Translations under genes and position numbers: made by a program
In this document: positions 8,582-19,700 of the stretch, in pieces
How positions within the stretch are numbered: the first letter of the stretch is position 1
Layout of the letters: each line of letters starts with the position of its first letter
NCBI GenBank assembly: GCA_965116885.1
Contig: OZ220741.1
Span: 4,928,001-4,992,000 of the forward strand
Reading direction: 5' to 3'
Source of the DNA: Candidatus Latescibacterota bacterium
GTDB taxonomy: Bacteria; Latescibacterota; UBA2968
Length of the DNA stretch: 64,000 nucleotides
The notes under the pieces: model-generated
Seen by the model: only the letters and a program-made list of their open reading frames with translations
Database searches by the model: none
What the model was told of the DNA's origin: nothing

Positions 8582-10489
8582 TCAGACTACTGAGGCTAGC
8601 TCAGCGGCTCTTTTGAGAGCACCATTCTCATCTTGAGTTGCCCATTGCGACATTAGGGTGCGTAGCTGTTCCATCGCCGCTGGTTCAGTCAATATTTCGT
8701 TCCAGCCCTTCACAACCCAGATACCAAGCAACTTGGGCTCAATTCCGCCAAGGATACTTAATACTTCCGACTGGAAGCGCGGATGGTGCTTCGCTACGAT
8801 CCTCATTCCATGGAAGCCTGCTGGCTGGGTTGTGAAATCTCCCTGACGCAGGACTCGCTCCCTGAGCAACGCGAATACCTGATCGGTATCGCTCTCCTGA
8901 AGTGCCTTTACCTCGGGCTCAACGCTCCGTACGGCTATTGCCGATCCGCAAAGCGTCGTGATCAATCCTTCCAGACCAGTATGTTCCGGAATATCAGCAA
9001 TCATGCGTTTGTCACGAGCGACAAATACGTATGGTCGCAGATCACGTCCTGCTAACACTGGCTCAATCCTCAGCCAGTGTTCCAGCCACTCTCGTTCCAA
9101 CCACGGCGCAATTGTTTCTTTTAGCGAAGCATCGCTTGTTGACTTTTTTCCTTTCTTCTTCGCAGAGACTTCGGGACTGTCTTTTCTTCTTACTGTCTCT
9201 TCAAGCAATCTCAACTCTGCTGCTAATCCTTTCTCTGCGACCATCACCCATCCTGCCATGTCCTTGTAAAAGTCCGGTTGGAATCGTTCTGCTAACATCA
9301 GCTTGGCCAACACAGCCTGATTGATCGAGTCTCCGAACCCTTGGGCATCTGCAATTGCGTGCCTGATCAGCAGAGAATTCAAGAACCTCTTGATTTGCCG
9401 TGGGTTGCCCTTACTACCCTCTGCAAGAATTGGGCCAATCTGCTGAGCCAAGACATAAGTATCACGAAGCTCGACTTTACGTTCTGGCTCTACCGCTTCG
9501 ACATCTGACTGTCCGATCCCCGATCCCAGCCAGGGTTTGTTGATCCCAGCCTTCGCTGTGCCGAGCAACTCTTGGAATCCCTGGTGCTCTGCACCTACCA
9601 AAGATTCAATTAATAAGAGTGTTACATAGGTTCTGGTCTCCTGTATCCCCAAGGCCGGGATACGGAATGGTACCTGAATCAACTTTTCGAGATAATTCCG
9701 TGCATAAGGCATCGGTCCGGAGACTACGGGTAGTTCTGGAAAATGTTGTCGTACCGCATATTCGATCATTGCCTCATCTGCACCGATTACAAACGCTGTC
9801 CGTGGTACAAATAGAAACAACCGGATTGCTTCCAGAGTATCAATTGCCGTCGCGGGGAGACAGCGATCAAGATCGTCAATCAAGACGACGAGTTGATCAA
9901 TCTTGGCCTTATCTAGCAATTTATTGAAATCTTTTCGAAATTGATGGATTTGCTCCGTAATATGAGCGTCCTCGGCCGGCTTCAGGAATGACATGGCCTC
10001 TTTAAGCTTAGTCTGTATTTCCTCTGGCGATATGGCTCCAGGATTGCCTATCAACGACTTCAGGCTACCTACAACTGCCTCAATCTGATCGGGAGAGGGC
10101 AACCCAGTAGTAAGATTTAGCACGACACTGCTGGCCCGCCTTGCGATCTTTAGCCAATCTACACGTTTTATCAAGCGTGCACCGAGTTCCTTGACCTCTT
10201 CCGACTTCTGGCGTGACAACTCAGTGATTATCGACTCAATCAGCACAGTCTTCGCGTCGTCAAAGCCTTGAAATTCCCATCCATTAAACCAGAGACAGGC
10301 GACCTTTTCGTCTTCGCAAAGTCCCGACTCGATCATCTTGAGTATACTAGACTTGCCTGCCCCCCAATCGCCATGAATTCCTACTGACAATGCCTGCTGA
10401 CGGTTATTTTTTAATAGTTCGATAACGGTGTGTGAGATCGCCTCGTAATTGAGAAAATCTATGGCTGTTTCATGGTCTGGTATCAGCAT
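8582..10489 (-). CDS. qatA: Qat anti-phage system KAP-family P-loop ATPase QatA
   Basis: Walker A GDWGAGKS, Walker B LVVLIDDLDRC, YLEKLIQVPF, NPRQIKRFLN. Confidence 0.92.
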   Translation of the reverse strand: MLIPDHETAIDFLNYEAISHTVIELLKNNRQQALSVGIHGDWGAGKSSILKMIESGLCEDEKVACLWFNGWEFQGFDDAKTVLIESIITELSRQKSEEVKELGARLIKRVDWLKIARRASSVVLNLTTGLPSPDQIEAVVGSLKSLIGNPGAISPEEIQTKLKEAMSFLKPAEDAHITEQIHQFRKDFNKLLDKAKIDQLVVLIDDLDRCLPATAIDTLEAIRLFLFVPRTAFVIGADEAMIEYAVRQHFPELPVVSGPMPYARNYLEKLIQVPFRIPALGIQETRTYVTLLLIESLVGAEHQGFQELLGTAKAGINKPWLGSGIGQSDVEAVEPERKVELRDTYVLAQQIGPILAEGSKGNPRQIKRFLNSLLIRHAIADAQGFGDSINQAVLAKLMLAERFQPDFYKDMAGWVMVAEKGLAAELRLLEETVRRKDSPEVSAKKKGKKSTSDASLKETIAPWLEREWLEHWLRIEPVLAGRDLRPYVFVARDKRMIADIPEHTGLEGLITTLCGSAIAVRSVEPEVKALQESDTDQVFALLRERVLRQGDFTTQPAGFHGMRIVAKHHPRFQSEVLSILGGIEPKLLGIWVVKGWNEILTEPAAMEQLRTLMSQWATQDENGALKRAAELASVV

Positions 10490-10593
10490 TTTTTAGAATA
10501 TTACTCCTCATCATTGTAAAGTGTAGTTTAGGATCGAATATATCAGAGTGCTAGACTCCAAGTCTTTAATCTTGGTTCAAGCGCTCTTGAGCC

Positions 10594-10668
10594 TTAGCGT
10601 AGTGTCAACCTCAAGTCGTCCTCCGCAGCTACATTGTCTTTGTGTGAATATGAAATGAATACCTTCAT
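10594..10668 (-). pseudogene. Truncated TIR-domain gene remnant (24 codons)
   Basis: MKVFISYSHKDNVAAEDDLRLTLR*; FISYSHKD is the canonical TIR beta-A motif; GAGG RBS upstream. Confidence 0.65.
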
Positions 10669-10979
10669 TGGACTGGTCCTCGATTTCGTTTAGTGCTTCT
10701 TGTCGATTGGAGAAAATCTTTCGCAGCCCTATACGAATATTTATAGAGCGTTTTAATACACAAAAAAAGCCATGTAGTTTTTCTTTTTAGACCATTGAAT
10801 ATACCTAATCTTCACGTATCTGGCAAAACTGAAGCCATAAAGAGAGAGCCTCTTATATCTTAAAAGGCGCGTTCTTCAAGGTTGTTGATGATCAGGAGGG
10901 TAAAACACTGAGATTAGTGGGGATATAGGGAAGCAGTTCAGTGACTTGTGAGATGGAAGGTAGTCCTGTCTCTGGGAAG

Positions 10980-11010
10980 GAAATATCCGAGATTTTATCT
11001 CGGATATTTC
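10980..11010. terminator. Perfect 14-bp stem hairpin downstream of CDS 11049-11894; terminator or protein-binding palindrome
   Basis: GAAATATCCGAGAT-TTT-ATCTCGGATATTTC. Confidence 0.5.
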
Positions 11011-11046
11011 AGAGTGACGGAAATCCGACTTGATGTGTTTCGGTTA

Positions 11047-11093
11047 GACTACCCCTGACACAACTCAGCTATCATCGCCGCATTTTCACCGAG
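11047..11093. repeat. 47-bp imperfect direct repeat, copy 2 (3' end of CDS 11049-11894)
   Basis: 41/47 identical to 1995-2041. Confidence 0.9.
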
Positions 11094-11894
11094 TTGGTCG
11101 TTAAATTTTTGATACATCCCCACCAGAAGAACATCATTGGGTTTGACATTTTTTAGGGTAAAGGCAAATTCCTCGCGGATCTGATTTTTGGAATTAATAG
11201 CGCGCCCAGCAGCGAGAACTTTGAAAGTAATGCACGGTTTGTCAGTACTGCGAATAATACCACACATGCGATCTCGGTGTTCGCGGAGATAGATCTCACT
11301 CAAGGGTTGATGACCAAATTTTTGTTCAAACTCTTCGCGTGCGCCCTGCAAATAATACAACGCGGTCATGTAATAGTCGATATCCCAATCTTCTTCTTCA
11401 GCAATCTCAATAATGCGGGGATTGTGTACCGACAAACCAACCATAACACCCGTGTCGCGGATACGCTTGAGAATATCTCGAAGATAGTCCAGGCGATTTT
11501 CCTGAAAGCACCGCCCGGCAACACCACTTCCATGGGGCGCCATGCCAATGGGATTGTGCTTAGCGGCTTCGCCAATCAGTGAGGGATCGTCATACCAGTG
11601 TCCACCTCTGCTGAGACAAAAGTAATGAATCGTACCTCCCTCATCGCGGTATCGCTGAAGATCGGCAGCCGAGCGTTCGGTAAGCGTATTTTGCCAGGCA
11701 TTCACACCCACCTCTTCTGCGCGGCGCAAAGTCGCCATAACCTGATCGGATGTATTGGCTTCTTGCTGATGTTGCGAAAGCAACTGATTAAAATGTGCAT
11801 ATCCATAGATCGGATTATCGCCCATAATGAGGCGACTGATCTGATATTGTCCAAATTGAACCGTTGGAAGATTTATCGTATTTGATACTGACAT
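11049..11894 (-). CDS. Aldo/keto-reductase-like (TIM-barrel) hypothetical oxidoreductase
   Basis: LPTVQFGQYQISRLIMGDNP, GLSVH, FKVLAAGR, VLLVGM features of AKR-like proteins. Confidence 0.6.
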   Translation of the reverse strand: MSVSNTINLPTVQFGQYQISRLIMGDNPIYGYAHFNQLLSQHQQEANTSDQVMATLRRAEEVGVNAWQNTLTERSAADLQRYRDEGGTIHYFCLSRGGHWYDDPSLIGEAAKHNPIGMAPHGSGVAGRCFQENRLDYLRDILKRIRDTGVMVGLSVHNPRIIEIAEEEDWDIDYYMTALYYLQGAREEFEQKFGHQPLSEIYLREHRDRMCGIIRSTDKPCITFKVLAAGRAINSKNQIREEFAFTLKNVKPNDVLLVGMYQKFNDQLGENAAMIAELCQG

Positions 11895-11954
11895 GTTATT
11901 GCTCCCTCGTTTTACTTACAGCAGGATCCCCATCTTCTTCAAATGCCCCTCAAC

Positions 11955-12344
11955 TCAGTAATAAGCCTCTACGAAAAAACTGCCTGAGCATGGTGCGGAA
12001 TCTGTTTTTGTAAAACTTCCTGTTCGTGTTTCGCCTTTGTCTATCGAAAAAGAAGCGGTTGTCCATCTACCCTCTGCGCTTGCAATCCGAACAGTGTAAC
12101 TACTCTCGCAAGCGTTTTGCATGGTGTATGAAAATACACCTCTCGTATCCGAGCATTCCTCTATACGAACAGTAACCGAAATACAGTCGCTCTTTTGAAA
12201 AAATGCACGGCTACCGCCACCAGACTCAGGGGCTGTGGGATAGTCCTCCCACCCTACACATCGCCCTGTTTCTGGGTCTCTCTCACAGCAACCAACAAGC
12301 ACAAACATCGCAAGTATCGGCAAGGTCAACTTTAAGAACGACAC
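11955..12344 (-). CDS. Cys-rich putative lipoprotein, hypothetical
   Basis: Hydrophobic N-terminus with lipobox LVGC; RBS AGGAG upstream of GTG. Confidence 0.65.
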   Translation of the reverse strand: MSFLKLTLPILAMFVLVGCCERDPETGRCVGWEDYPTAPESGGGSRAFFQKSDCISVTVRIEECSDTRGVFSYTMQNACESSYTVRIASAEGRWTTASFSIDKGETRTGSFTKTDSAPCSGSFFVEAYY

Positions 12345-12437
12345 GGCCAGGTCTCCTATTTTCTGGCTCTTTCAAGCAGCGATGAATAGAGTTGGGATTT
12401 TTTTACAGCCATTTTTCAGTCCTCTTACATCAAGCAC

Positions 12438-13505
12438 TCAATCAAACACCAGCACCGTGCGCGCCACTTTCCCCTGCACCATATCTTCAAACGCCTCATT
12501 GATCTCATCCAGCGGGCGAAAGCGCGATATCAACTCATCCAATTTAATCTTCCCCTGCCGATAGAGATCCAGAATCCACAAAAAATCAACGCGGGCGCGG
12601 GCAGCGCCGTGCCACGACCCCATAATGGCGCGGTCGCGCAAAAGATCTGTGCCATCGACAGATATATCCTCTCCAGTCGGCTGCACCCCCACCACAATCG
12701 CGGCTCCTGTCATCCGAACCGACGCAAACGCCTGCTTCACCAACGCGGGAAACCCGACGACCTCAAACGCATAATCCGCCCCACCATCCGTAATCTCCAT
12801 AATCCTTTGAACGGGATCTTCCCTATCCGCATTCACAAAATGCGTCGCCCCAAACTGCTCCGCCAACTCCAGCTTATACGGCACATTATCCACCGCGATA
12901 ATCTTCCCCGCCGAAGCGAGAACACCCCCTTGAATAACATTGAGACCAACGCCCCCACAGCCGAACACAGCCATTGTCGCGCCCGCTTCCACCTTCGCGC
13001 GATTCACCACAGCACCGATACCCGTAATCACCCCGCAACTAATCAGACACGCTACCCGAAGATCTGTATCATCCGGCACCTTCACACACGCATCCGCCAA
13101 AACAACCGACTGCTCGGTATAAGTGGGCCGTCCGTGGTGATAAATCGTCCCATTTTTGGAAATCCGACTCGGCAAACCCCCTTGATGTGTCTCACAAAGC
13201 GCCGGACTGCCCTCGCTGCAATTCCGACAATAGCCACACATCGCGTCGAGAGAAAGAACAATCTTGTCCCCAACCTGAACACTGGTCACGCCGGGACCAA
13301 CTTCCCTGACAACACCCGCGCCCTCGTGTCCCATAACCCAGGGAAGTGCGCGAGGCCTGACATGCCCATCCACATAGTGATAATCGCTGTGACAAACCCC
13401 TGCCCCGACAATATCGAGAAGCACTTCTCCCTCATGAGGAGACTCGATATCCACATCTTCGACAGAAACACGAGTATGGGGTTTATGGAGAATAGCTGCT
13501 TTCAT
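12438..13505 (-). CDS. Zn-dependent alcohol dehydrogenase (MDR family)
   Basis: GVCHSD, GHEGAG, CGYCRNC...C structural Zn, GCGGVG Rossmann motif. Confidence 0.93.
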   Translation of the reverse strand: MKAAILHKPHTRVSVEDVDIESPHEGEVLLDIVGAGVCHSDYHYVDGHVRPRALPWVMGHEGAGVVREVGPGVTSVQVGDKIVLSLDAMCGYCRNCSEGSPALCETHQGGLPSRISKNGTIYHHGRPTYTEQSVVLADACVKVPDDTDLRVACLISCGVITGIGAVVNRAKVEAGATMAVFGCGGVGLNVIQGGVLASAGKIIAVDNVPYKLELAEQFGATHFVNADREDPVQRIMEITDGGADYAFEVVGFPALVKQAFASVRMTGAAIVVGVQPTGEDISVDGTDLLRDRAIMGSWHGAARARVDFLWILDLYRQGKIKLDELISRFRPLDEINEAFEDMVQGKVARTVLVFD

Positions 13506-14827
13506 TTTTTGCTCCTATGGCTAAAATGCAAAAGATCCCGCTCTAAAAGTGCCGCCCATGCGAGCAACTCTTCATCGCGGTGAAACGGGGCGACAAACTG
13601 AATCCCCAGCGGCATCCCCGAATCGGACGCGCGCCCTGCGGGCAAAGCGATCACTGGCATACCCGTGTGGGTCCACGGCAAATTCATACAGGGATCGCCC
13701 GTACTCGCCAACCCTTTCAAAGCCGGACCCGTCGCCGCCGGACAGGCAAGGAGATCTATCCCCTCCTTCTTCATCAAAGACTCCACCTCTTCGCGCAGTT
13801 CCATACGCCCCATTCGACCCGCATCGATCTCGGATTGCGAAAGCGCACGTCCCTCCTCGACCAGCGCGCGCGTACCCGCATCATAAGTCGAGGCGTACTT
13901 ATCAAACCACGGCGCGTGGACCTCCGCCATCTCTCCCTTCATCATATTGCGATGCCTGTCATTGATATCGTCAATATCGTCGAGCATCCGCACTTCCCTG
14001 ACATTGTACCCCACCGTTCTAAGAGCCTGTATCTGCGCGTCAAAATCCACCCGCGCTCGTGGTTCTGTCTGATCCAAATAGGGACCTGCTGGTATTCCCA
14101 ACGTCGGCTTTTCCGACCGCGTAACCGAAGCGCGCCATCCGCTACACAAAACAGCGGCTGCCATCTCCATACCCGCAACATCCTGCGTAAACATCCCGAT
14201 CGTATCGACCGAAGAAGAGCAATGAACAAACCCGGAAATATCGATACGCGCATAACTCGGCTTAAAGCCAACAATCCCGCAAAACGCAGCCGGACGGATA
14301 ACCGAACCAATAGTCTGCGAGCCGAGCGAGAGAGGACAATATCCTGCCGCCACCGCAGCAGCCGAACCGCTACTCGACCCACCGGGTGTAAAACTCAGGT
14401 TTCGCGGATTGCGCGTAGGTCCCGGCTTAAAACACGCAAACTCAGTCGTAACCGATTTGCCGAGCACCATAGCACCCGCCTCCCGCAGCGCCCTTAAGCA
14501 CCCACCTTCGGGACCCGTGAGAACCTCTGGCGGCACACCAGAACCCGCCCGCGTCTCAAACCCCTCAACATGAAAAATATCTTTAACCCCAACCAAAATA
14601 CCAAACAACGGCGGAATCTCACCACCACTCGCAAGCTCAGCAACATCATCCAACACACGTTGCAGGCGATTCGCCTCTGGCAACATCGCCCGGATATCCC
14701 CATCCCATTCATCTATGCGTTTGCAACACTCCGCAACGTACGCCTCCAAATCCCGCTGTCCAGAACGCAACTCAGCAGCAGTTTGAGCCAGTGGATGCGC
14801 CGCTGTTTTTTCACTCTTCATTTGCAT
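13502..14827 (-). CDS. Amidase signature family protein
   Basis: GVKD, PGGSSSGSAAAV, GSQTIGSVIRPA; start trimmed to ATG just after the upstream gene's stop. Confidence 0.9.
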   Translation of the reverse strand: MQMKSEKTAAHPLAQTAAELRSGQRDLEAYVAECCKRIDEWDGDIRAMLPEANRLQRVLDDVAELASGGEIPPLFGILVGVKDIFHVEGFETRAGSGVPPEVLTGPEGGCLRALREAGAMVLGKSVTTEFACFKPGPTRNPRNLSFTPGGSSSGSAAAVAAGYCPLSLGSQTIGSVIRPAAFCGIVGFKPSYARIDISGFVHCSSSVDTIGMFTQDVAGMEMAAAVLCSGWRASVTRSEKPTLGIPAGPYLDQTEPRARVDFDAQIQALRTVGYNVREVRMLDDIDDINDRHRNMMKGEMAEVHAPWFDKYASTYDAGTRALVEEGRALSQSEIDAGRMGRMELREEVESLMKKEGIDLLACPAATGPALKGLASTGDPCMNLPWTHTGMPVIALPAGRASDSGMPLGIQFVAPFHRDEELLAWAALLERDLLHFSHRSKK

Positions 14828-14840
14828 AATCCCCAAAAAC

Positions 14841-16772
14841 TTACCAACCGTTAATTTTATGGCCCTGACCGGGAAACCAGATAAAATCCACAATAGCACC
14901 GCAGGCAATCGCCGCCAAAAAACCGACCACGAACCCCATAAAAAGCGGCGTATTGCGTCGGTAACTCTCAAGACCGCCAAAGCGCAAAATCAATGTCTTG
15001 CACACCCACACAATAAAAATCGACGAAATACCACTGCGCAAAACATCGGATGCCGAAATCGCAAAACCGATGGGATGCAGTGCAATCCCCGGAAAACGGT
15101 AGCGAAGCGCGTACAGCCCCAGCGTAAAAATCGCGCCAAACCCCAGCCAACCCAGACGCATCCAGTCCGTCTCTAACGCATTGCTTCGAATGCGGTTGGC
15201 AGTCAAAAGCCACACCCCAATCCCCCCATCACCCGAGCCATTAAAACTCACACTGCCAAAATTATAACTCCCCACCGTGTAATTGCCCTGATAAATGATA
15301 AACACAAAAACCGCCAGCGCGCCAGCGATAAACGCCATGCCCACAGCAGGCGGCACAAGCCTCCGACGACTGAGACTCATTGCCCCGCCAAGACGCGGAA
15401 TATGCGCCAGCGTTGTCACGCCAATCGTCTTCGCATCGGCGAAAAACGTGTACGCCAGACCGAGCGCCATCGCATTCATCGGCCCAATACCCGTTATCCC
15501 CAAAACATGCCAGGTAAAAGCCTGTGCGGTAATCGGCGTTCGCAAATAAATCAGCCCCGTCTCCACAATAATGCGCGCCAGCCCGAGGTAAAGCACCAGC
15601 GTGGCACTCCAAAAAGCCAGTGCTGCCCATCCCGAAAGCCCGAGTGCCCAGAAAAACAACACACTGAACAGAACACATCCCAGAAAAACAAATACCGCCG
15701 TGCGATACGAAAAAAGCTCACCCGAATCATCCACATCGCCCCCACGCGAAGTAAACGCCTTCCGAAAAACCGCAGACAAATGATCTCGCGCAACCCACAG
15801 CCCCCATAACACAAATGCCAGCAACCCGCCAAAACTCTGCCATCCCACGGCCGGATGGTAAGAACACCACGGATCGGGCGACCCCATCTCAAATCCCAAA
15901 CGATTCATCAACCCCACTTGCAACACCATCACCAGATGGAAAAACCAGATGCTAAACAGCACATTGGACTCCGTAAAATAGCCAAACGCAATCGTCAGGG
16001 GATTCGTCTTAAACCGCAGATAGGGAAATCCCTCGCCGATAAAAATTTGCCGATCAATATTCGCCTGAAGCGGCGGAATCAACTCGGTAAACCAGGAAAC
16101 GATATCCCATGAAAAAACCAAAAAAGCCACAAAAAAACCGATCTTGAAACGCGGATTGCGCAACAATTCCATCAGCGTGCCCCGTTGCCCGTGTTCGCCA
16201 GTGAGTTCCAGAAGACCAGCAGCCAGAGGAAAAGGCAAACGCTCGTAATCCATCCACTGCCGCCGAAAGATCACCATAAGACACAAATTGGCAGCATAAA
16301 ATGCCAAAAAGAAACACCCCCACCAGAAAAGTGGAACGATCCAGCTTCCCCAGGGAAAAGCCGCTCCTGCCGGCAACCCCTCGTAAAAAGCAACCGCGGC
16401 GTGGTGATCGGAAACCACAGACCAATCGGACAAACGCGTAAGCAGTGTATCGACCCAGCCATTTTCGGTAGAGGCAAAATAGATTGGCGCTGTAATCACA
16501 CCCAGAAAATATCCCGCAAGCCACTCGCCCTGCGTCAGTGCAGAAACCATCCCCATCGAAGCGATGAGAATAAGTTCAGAAGGCGTAAGCCCCTTACTTT
16601 TGCGAGAAAAATAGAGATTTACCAACAACAATACGAGAAAAGGAAGGAGAATTGCAACGGAGAGATGCGCGTAATCTGCACGCGCAGATCGGAGGATATA
16701 CGTGGTATAAGAAGGCCATAAACTGACGAGGACAGATATGAACAATCCGATGAGAAAGGCGCGTACCGTCAT
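14841..16772 (-). CDS. Polytopic membrane protein, DUF6785/DUF6784 (OPT-like putative transporter)
   Basis: 643 aa with many TM segments; RRQWMDYERLPFPL and LHPIGF motifs. Confidence 0.75.
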   Translation of the reverse strand: MTVRAFLIGLFISVLVSLWPSYTTYILRSARADYAHLSVAILLPFLVLLLVNLYFSRKSKGLTPSELILIASMGMVSALTQGEWLAGYFLGVITAPIYFASTENGWVDTLLTRLSDWSVVSDHHAAVAFYEGLPAGAAFPWGSWIVPLFWWGCFFLAFYAANLCLMVIFRRQWMDYERLPFPLAAGLLELTGEHGQRGTLMELLRNPRFKIGFFVAFLVFSWDIVSWFTELIPPLQANIDRQIFIGEGFPYLRFKTNPLTIAFGYFTESNVLFSIWFFHLVMVLQVGLMNRLGFEMGSPDPWCSYHPAVGWQSFGGLLAFVLWGLWVARDHLSAVFRKAFTSRGGDVDDSGELFSYRTAVFVFLGCVLFSVLFFWALGLSGWAALAFWSATLVLYLGLARIIVETGLIYLRTPITAQAFTWHVLGITGIGPMNAMALGLAYTFFADAKTIGVTTLAHIPRLGGAMSLSRRRLVPPAVGMAFIAGALAVFVFIIYQGNYTVGSYNFGSVSFNGSGDGGIGVWLLTANRIRSNALETDWMRLGWLGFGAIFTLGLYALRYRFPGIALHPIGFAISASDVLRSGISSIFIVWVCKTLILRFGGLESYRRNTPLFMGFVVGFLAAIACGAIVDFIWFPGQGHKINGW

Positions 16773-16781
16773 AAAACTTCC

Positions 16782-19700
16782 TCACTCACTGATAAAAAAT
16801 ATAACCGTCTTCTCAGCGGTTTGCTCGCCATTCAAATCGGTAATCGTTACTGCAATTTCATAACGCCCTGGTTTTGACTCGCCCGGGTCAATCTCCAGAT
16901 AATTGTATTCATCAGACCCTGTACCCGTCCGCTCATAAGAAATCGTAACAACTGCTTTTTCTTCAATACCGAGCAACCGCCCCAGTGCCCGCAAAACCTG
17001 CACACCACTGAGTTTGCCTTCTTGGGGCGTAATGCGGTAATCCACGCGATATTTCGTCTGTCCAAAATCGTCGATTTTCAAATCGTAAACTTCGTAATAA
17101 ATAACAACCGGCTGCCCGGTCTTATAGGTGCGCGACGGCAGTGAAATAACCTCGACGCCACCTTTGTCCGTAGCCGAAGCATCTACTTGCACCCTTCCCG
17201 CAAGCTCTATATCGCTGATCTTGAGTCCAGCGACCGCATAATCCTCCACCACGAGTTCCTGCGTATATCCACTCCTGCGTCCAGATGCCGGATGATTGAT
17301 CTGAAGCCCCAAATAATATCGCCCGGGCAAAACCTGAAGCGCGAGTTCATCTATCGCCAGTGTACCGGCCTCAACACCGCCCTCCTCCACGCGCACCGGC
17401 ATCGGATCCAGCCTGCGATAAACCGGAGTCCAACTGCTGTCAAAAAGCGCGATACCGCGCTCAAAAACGACCTCTTCTCCCCCATCATCAATCGCATCTA
17501 AAACCGGCACCCCATAATACACCTCCAGCCGAGATTTATCATCTGCGCCCCTGAAATCTGCCGAAGCAGAGTGAAAATCCAGCACGCCCTTGCCAACGGG
17601 CACATAGCGATCGGGTTGCGCGCTCACCGCCCGTGAAATAACGACCTCGGGCCGCGTATCTTCCCAAAACCGCTGGTTAAATCGCGCAATTTTCCGCCCC
17701 TGAGAAACATCGGGAAAGTCGAAATCGCCCTTCGGCGTCAACGCCGTAAAAACGACTTCAATACCCCCACCCACATCCGGATAAATCCAGTACTCCCATG
17801 GCTCACTTCCATTGACCGGATAAAGCGGTATCCCCCGCATCGGACGCTCGCTCATGCCCGGACGATCCCGCCCGAAAAGCTCCTTGCCGCGAACATAAGT
17901 ATTCACATCATCACTCTGCCTGGCAAAAAACACGCGATTGGGATTCATCTCAAAATCGATAGACTCGAAATCGCTGACCGCAACCACCTCTCCCAACTCA
18001 GACTCGATTTCGACATCGCGCGTCGATGTGCGCAACCGGCCTATCCGCGCGATAATTTCCTGCTTGGCCTCTGGCGACAGCGCCGCTATCAACCGCTCCT
18101 TTACCCGCACGACCTTCGCATCTGTCTCAAACCGAATATCCGATCTTTTACTCACATGCGCGGGTTCGCCATAGCGGATATACACATCGCCGCGCCTGTC
18201 CCATTTTCGTCCATCTTTTGAAAAATTCTGCAACGCATAAACAACACGCCGATAGTGCTCGACCAACCGCTCGTTACCAGGTGTTGCTGGCGTGGGATCG
18301 CGTTTTTGCCAGAAGACCCGAACAAACTGCGCCCGCTCCTCGGGTGCCAGACGCTCGTACGCCGCCAATTCCTCTGGACCTGCCACGAGTGAAATATCTT
18401 CCACACGTTCTCTCGCCTCATCGCTAAGCGTGCGCAACGCCTCTGCAATCAGCGCGTGCGCTTTGCCCGTTTCCCCAATATTGAGATACGCCTCCAGAAG
18501 CGGATGCATGCATAAACTGCGAAAATCGGGCCTCGCCTCCATCAATTCTCGCCAAATAACCGTAGCCGAATCAATACGCCCTTGCTTGAACAACACGCGC
18601 CCAAAGTCAAATTGCGCCCGCGCATATAACGGATCTACTTCAATCTGCCGCCTGTATGCAGCCGCACTCTCGGCAAGTTCACCCCGGCGCTCTAACACGC
18701 GCCCCATCATATAATAGAGAAAAGGATGGGTGGGATCTCGTTCAACAGCCGCCTTCAGATATTCCAAACCCTCGCCCTTCCCGGAGAGAAAACGCGCCAG
18801 TTCTGCATTTGTCCAACACGCCGCCTCTTGAAATTTTTCAACAGCGCCATTCCAGTCGCCACGCCCCATCCTCACAATACCCAATGCATTGCGCGCCTCG
18901 GGCAAATCGGGGGCAATATCGAGCGCCTTTCGCACCCAACGCTCGCCTTCGACCAGCGCACCACTCTCAAGCGCGATCAATGCTTTCGCAGTCAACGCAT
19001 AGGGATCAAGCGGATCTTCACCCAGCACAAAATCGACCACATCGCACGCCTTTCGTACTGCAAGCGTATCCACCTCGGGCAAACGCTCGCCAAACGTCTT
19101 GTCAACGCGTTTCATAAGCGTTTTTTCAAGACCTATTGCCCGCAACATCGCCATTCCAACCTCGCGATTGCCCAATCCCGCGACCGGTGAAATATACGTC
19201 TGCGCGAAAATTGGTACCCGCTCGAGATAATGCCCGTACATAAAAGCTGCGCGTTCCCCCGCATCGACTTTCGCGTATTCCTGTACGGTCTCTGGCATTG
19301 AAAAGCGTTCCAGAATCTTTCCCATAAGAACCTGCTGCTGTGCCGTGAGCGATAATTCAACAGGAGAACCCAGAATGCGAAATTCTCGCTGCGTACGCGC
19401 AACCTGATCGCCTATACGCGCTTCAACGCTCAGCGTATATGTCCCAGGCGACAACCTGCGCAGCGGAATACCCTCGACAAATTTTGCATCTCCGCGATAT
19501 GTGGGAAATTCCCGCCGATGGTCAAAAACAACATGACCGAAGCGGTCGCTGATCTGAAAACGCACACTGTGGGCGAGCCGCCCGATCTCGTAAAGCTCGA
19601 CATAAAAGCGCAAGGGCGCGCCATCCCCGACCTCGCGTTCAGGCAACGGTAAAAGAACATGGCCCGCCTTGAGAAAGGACTCGGCTTCAAAATTCTGAGA

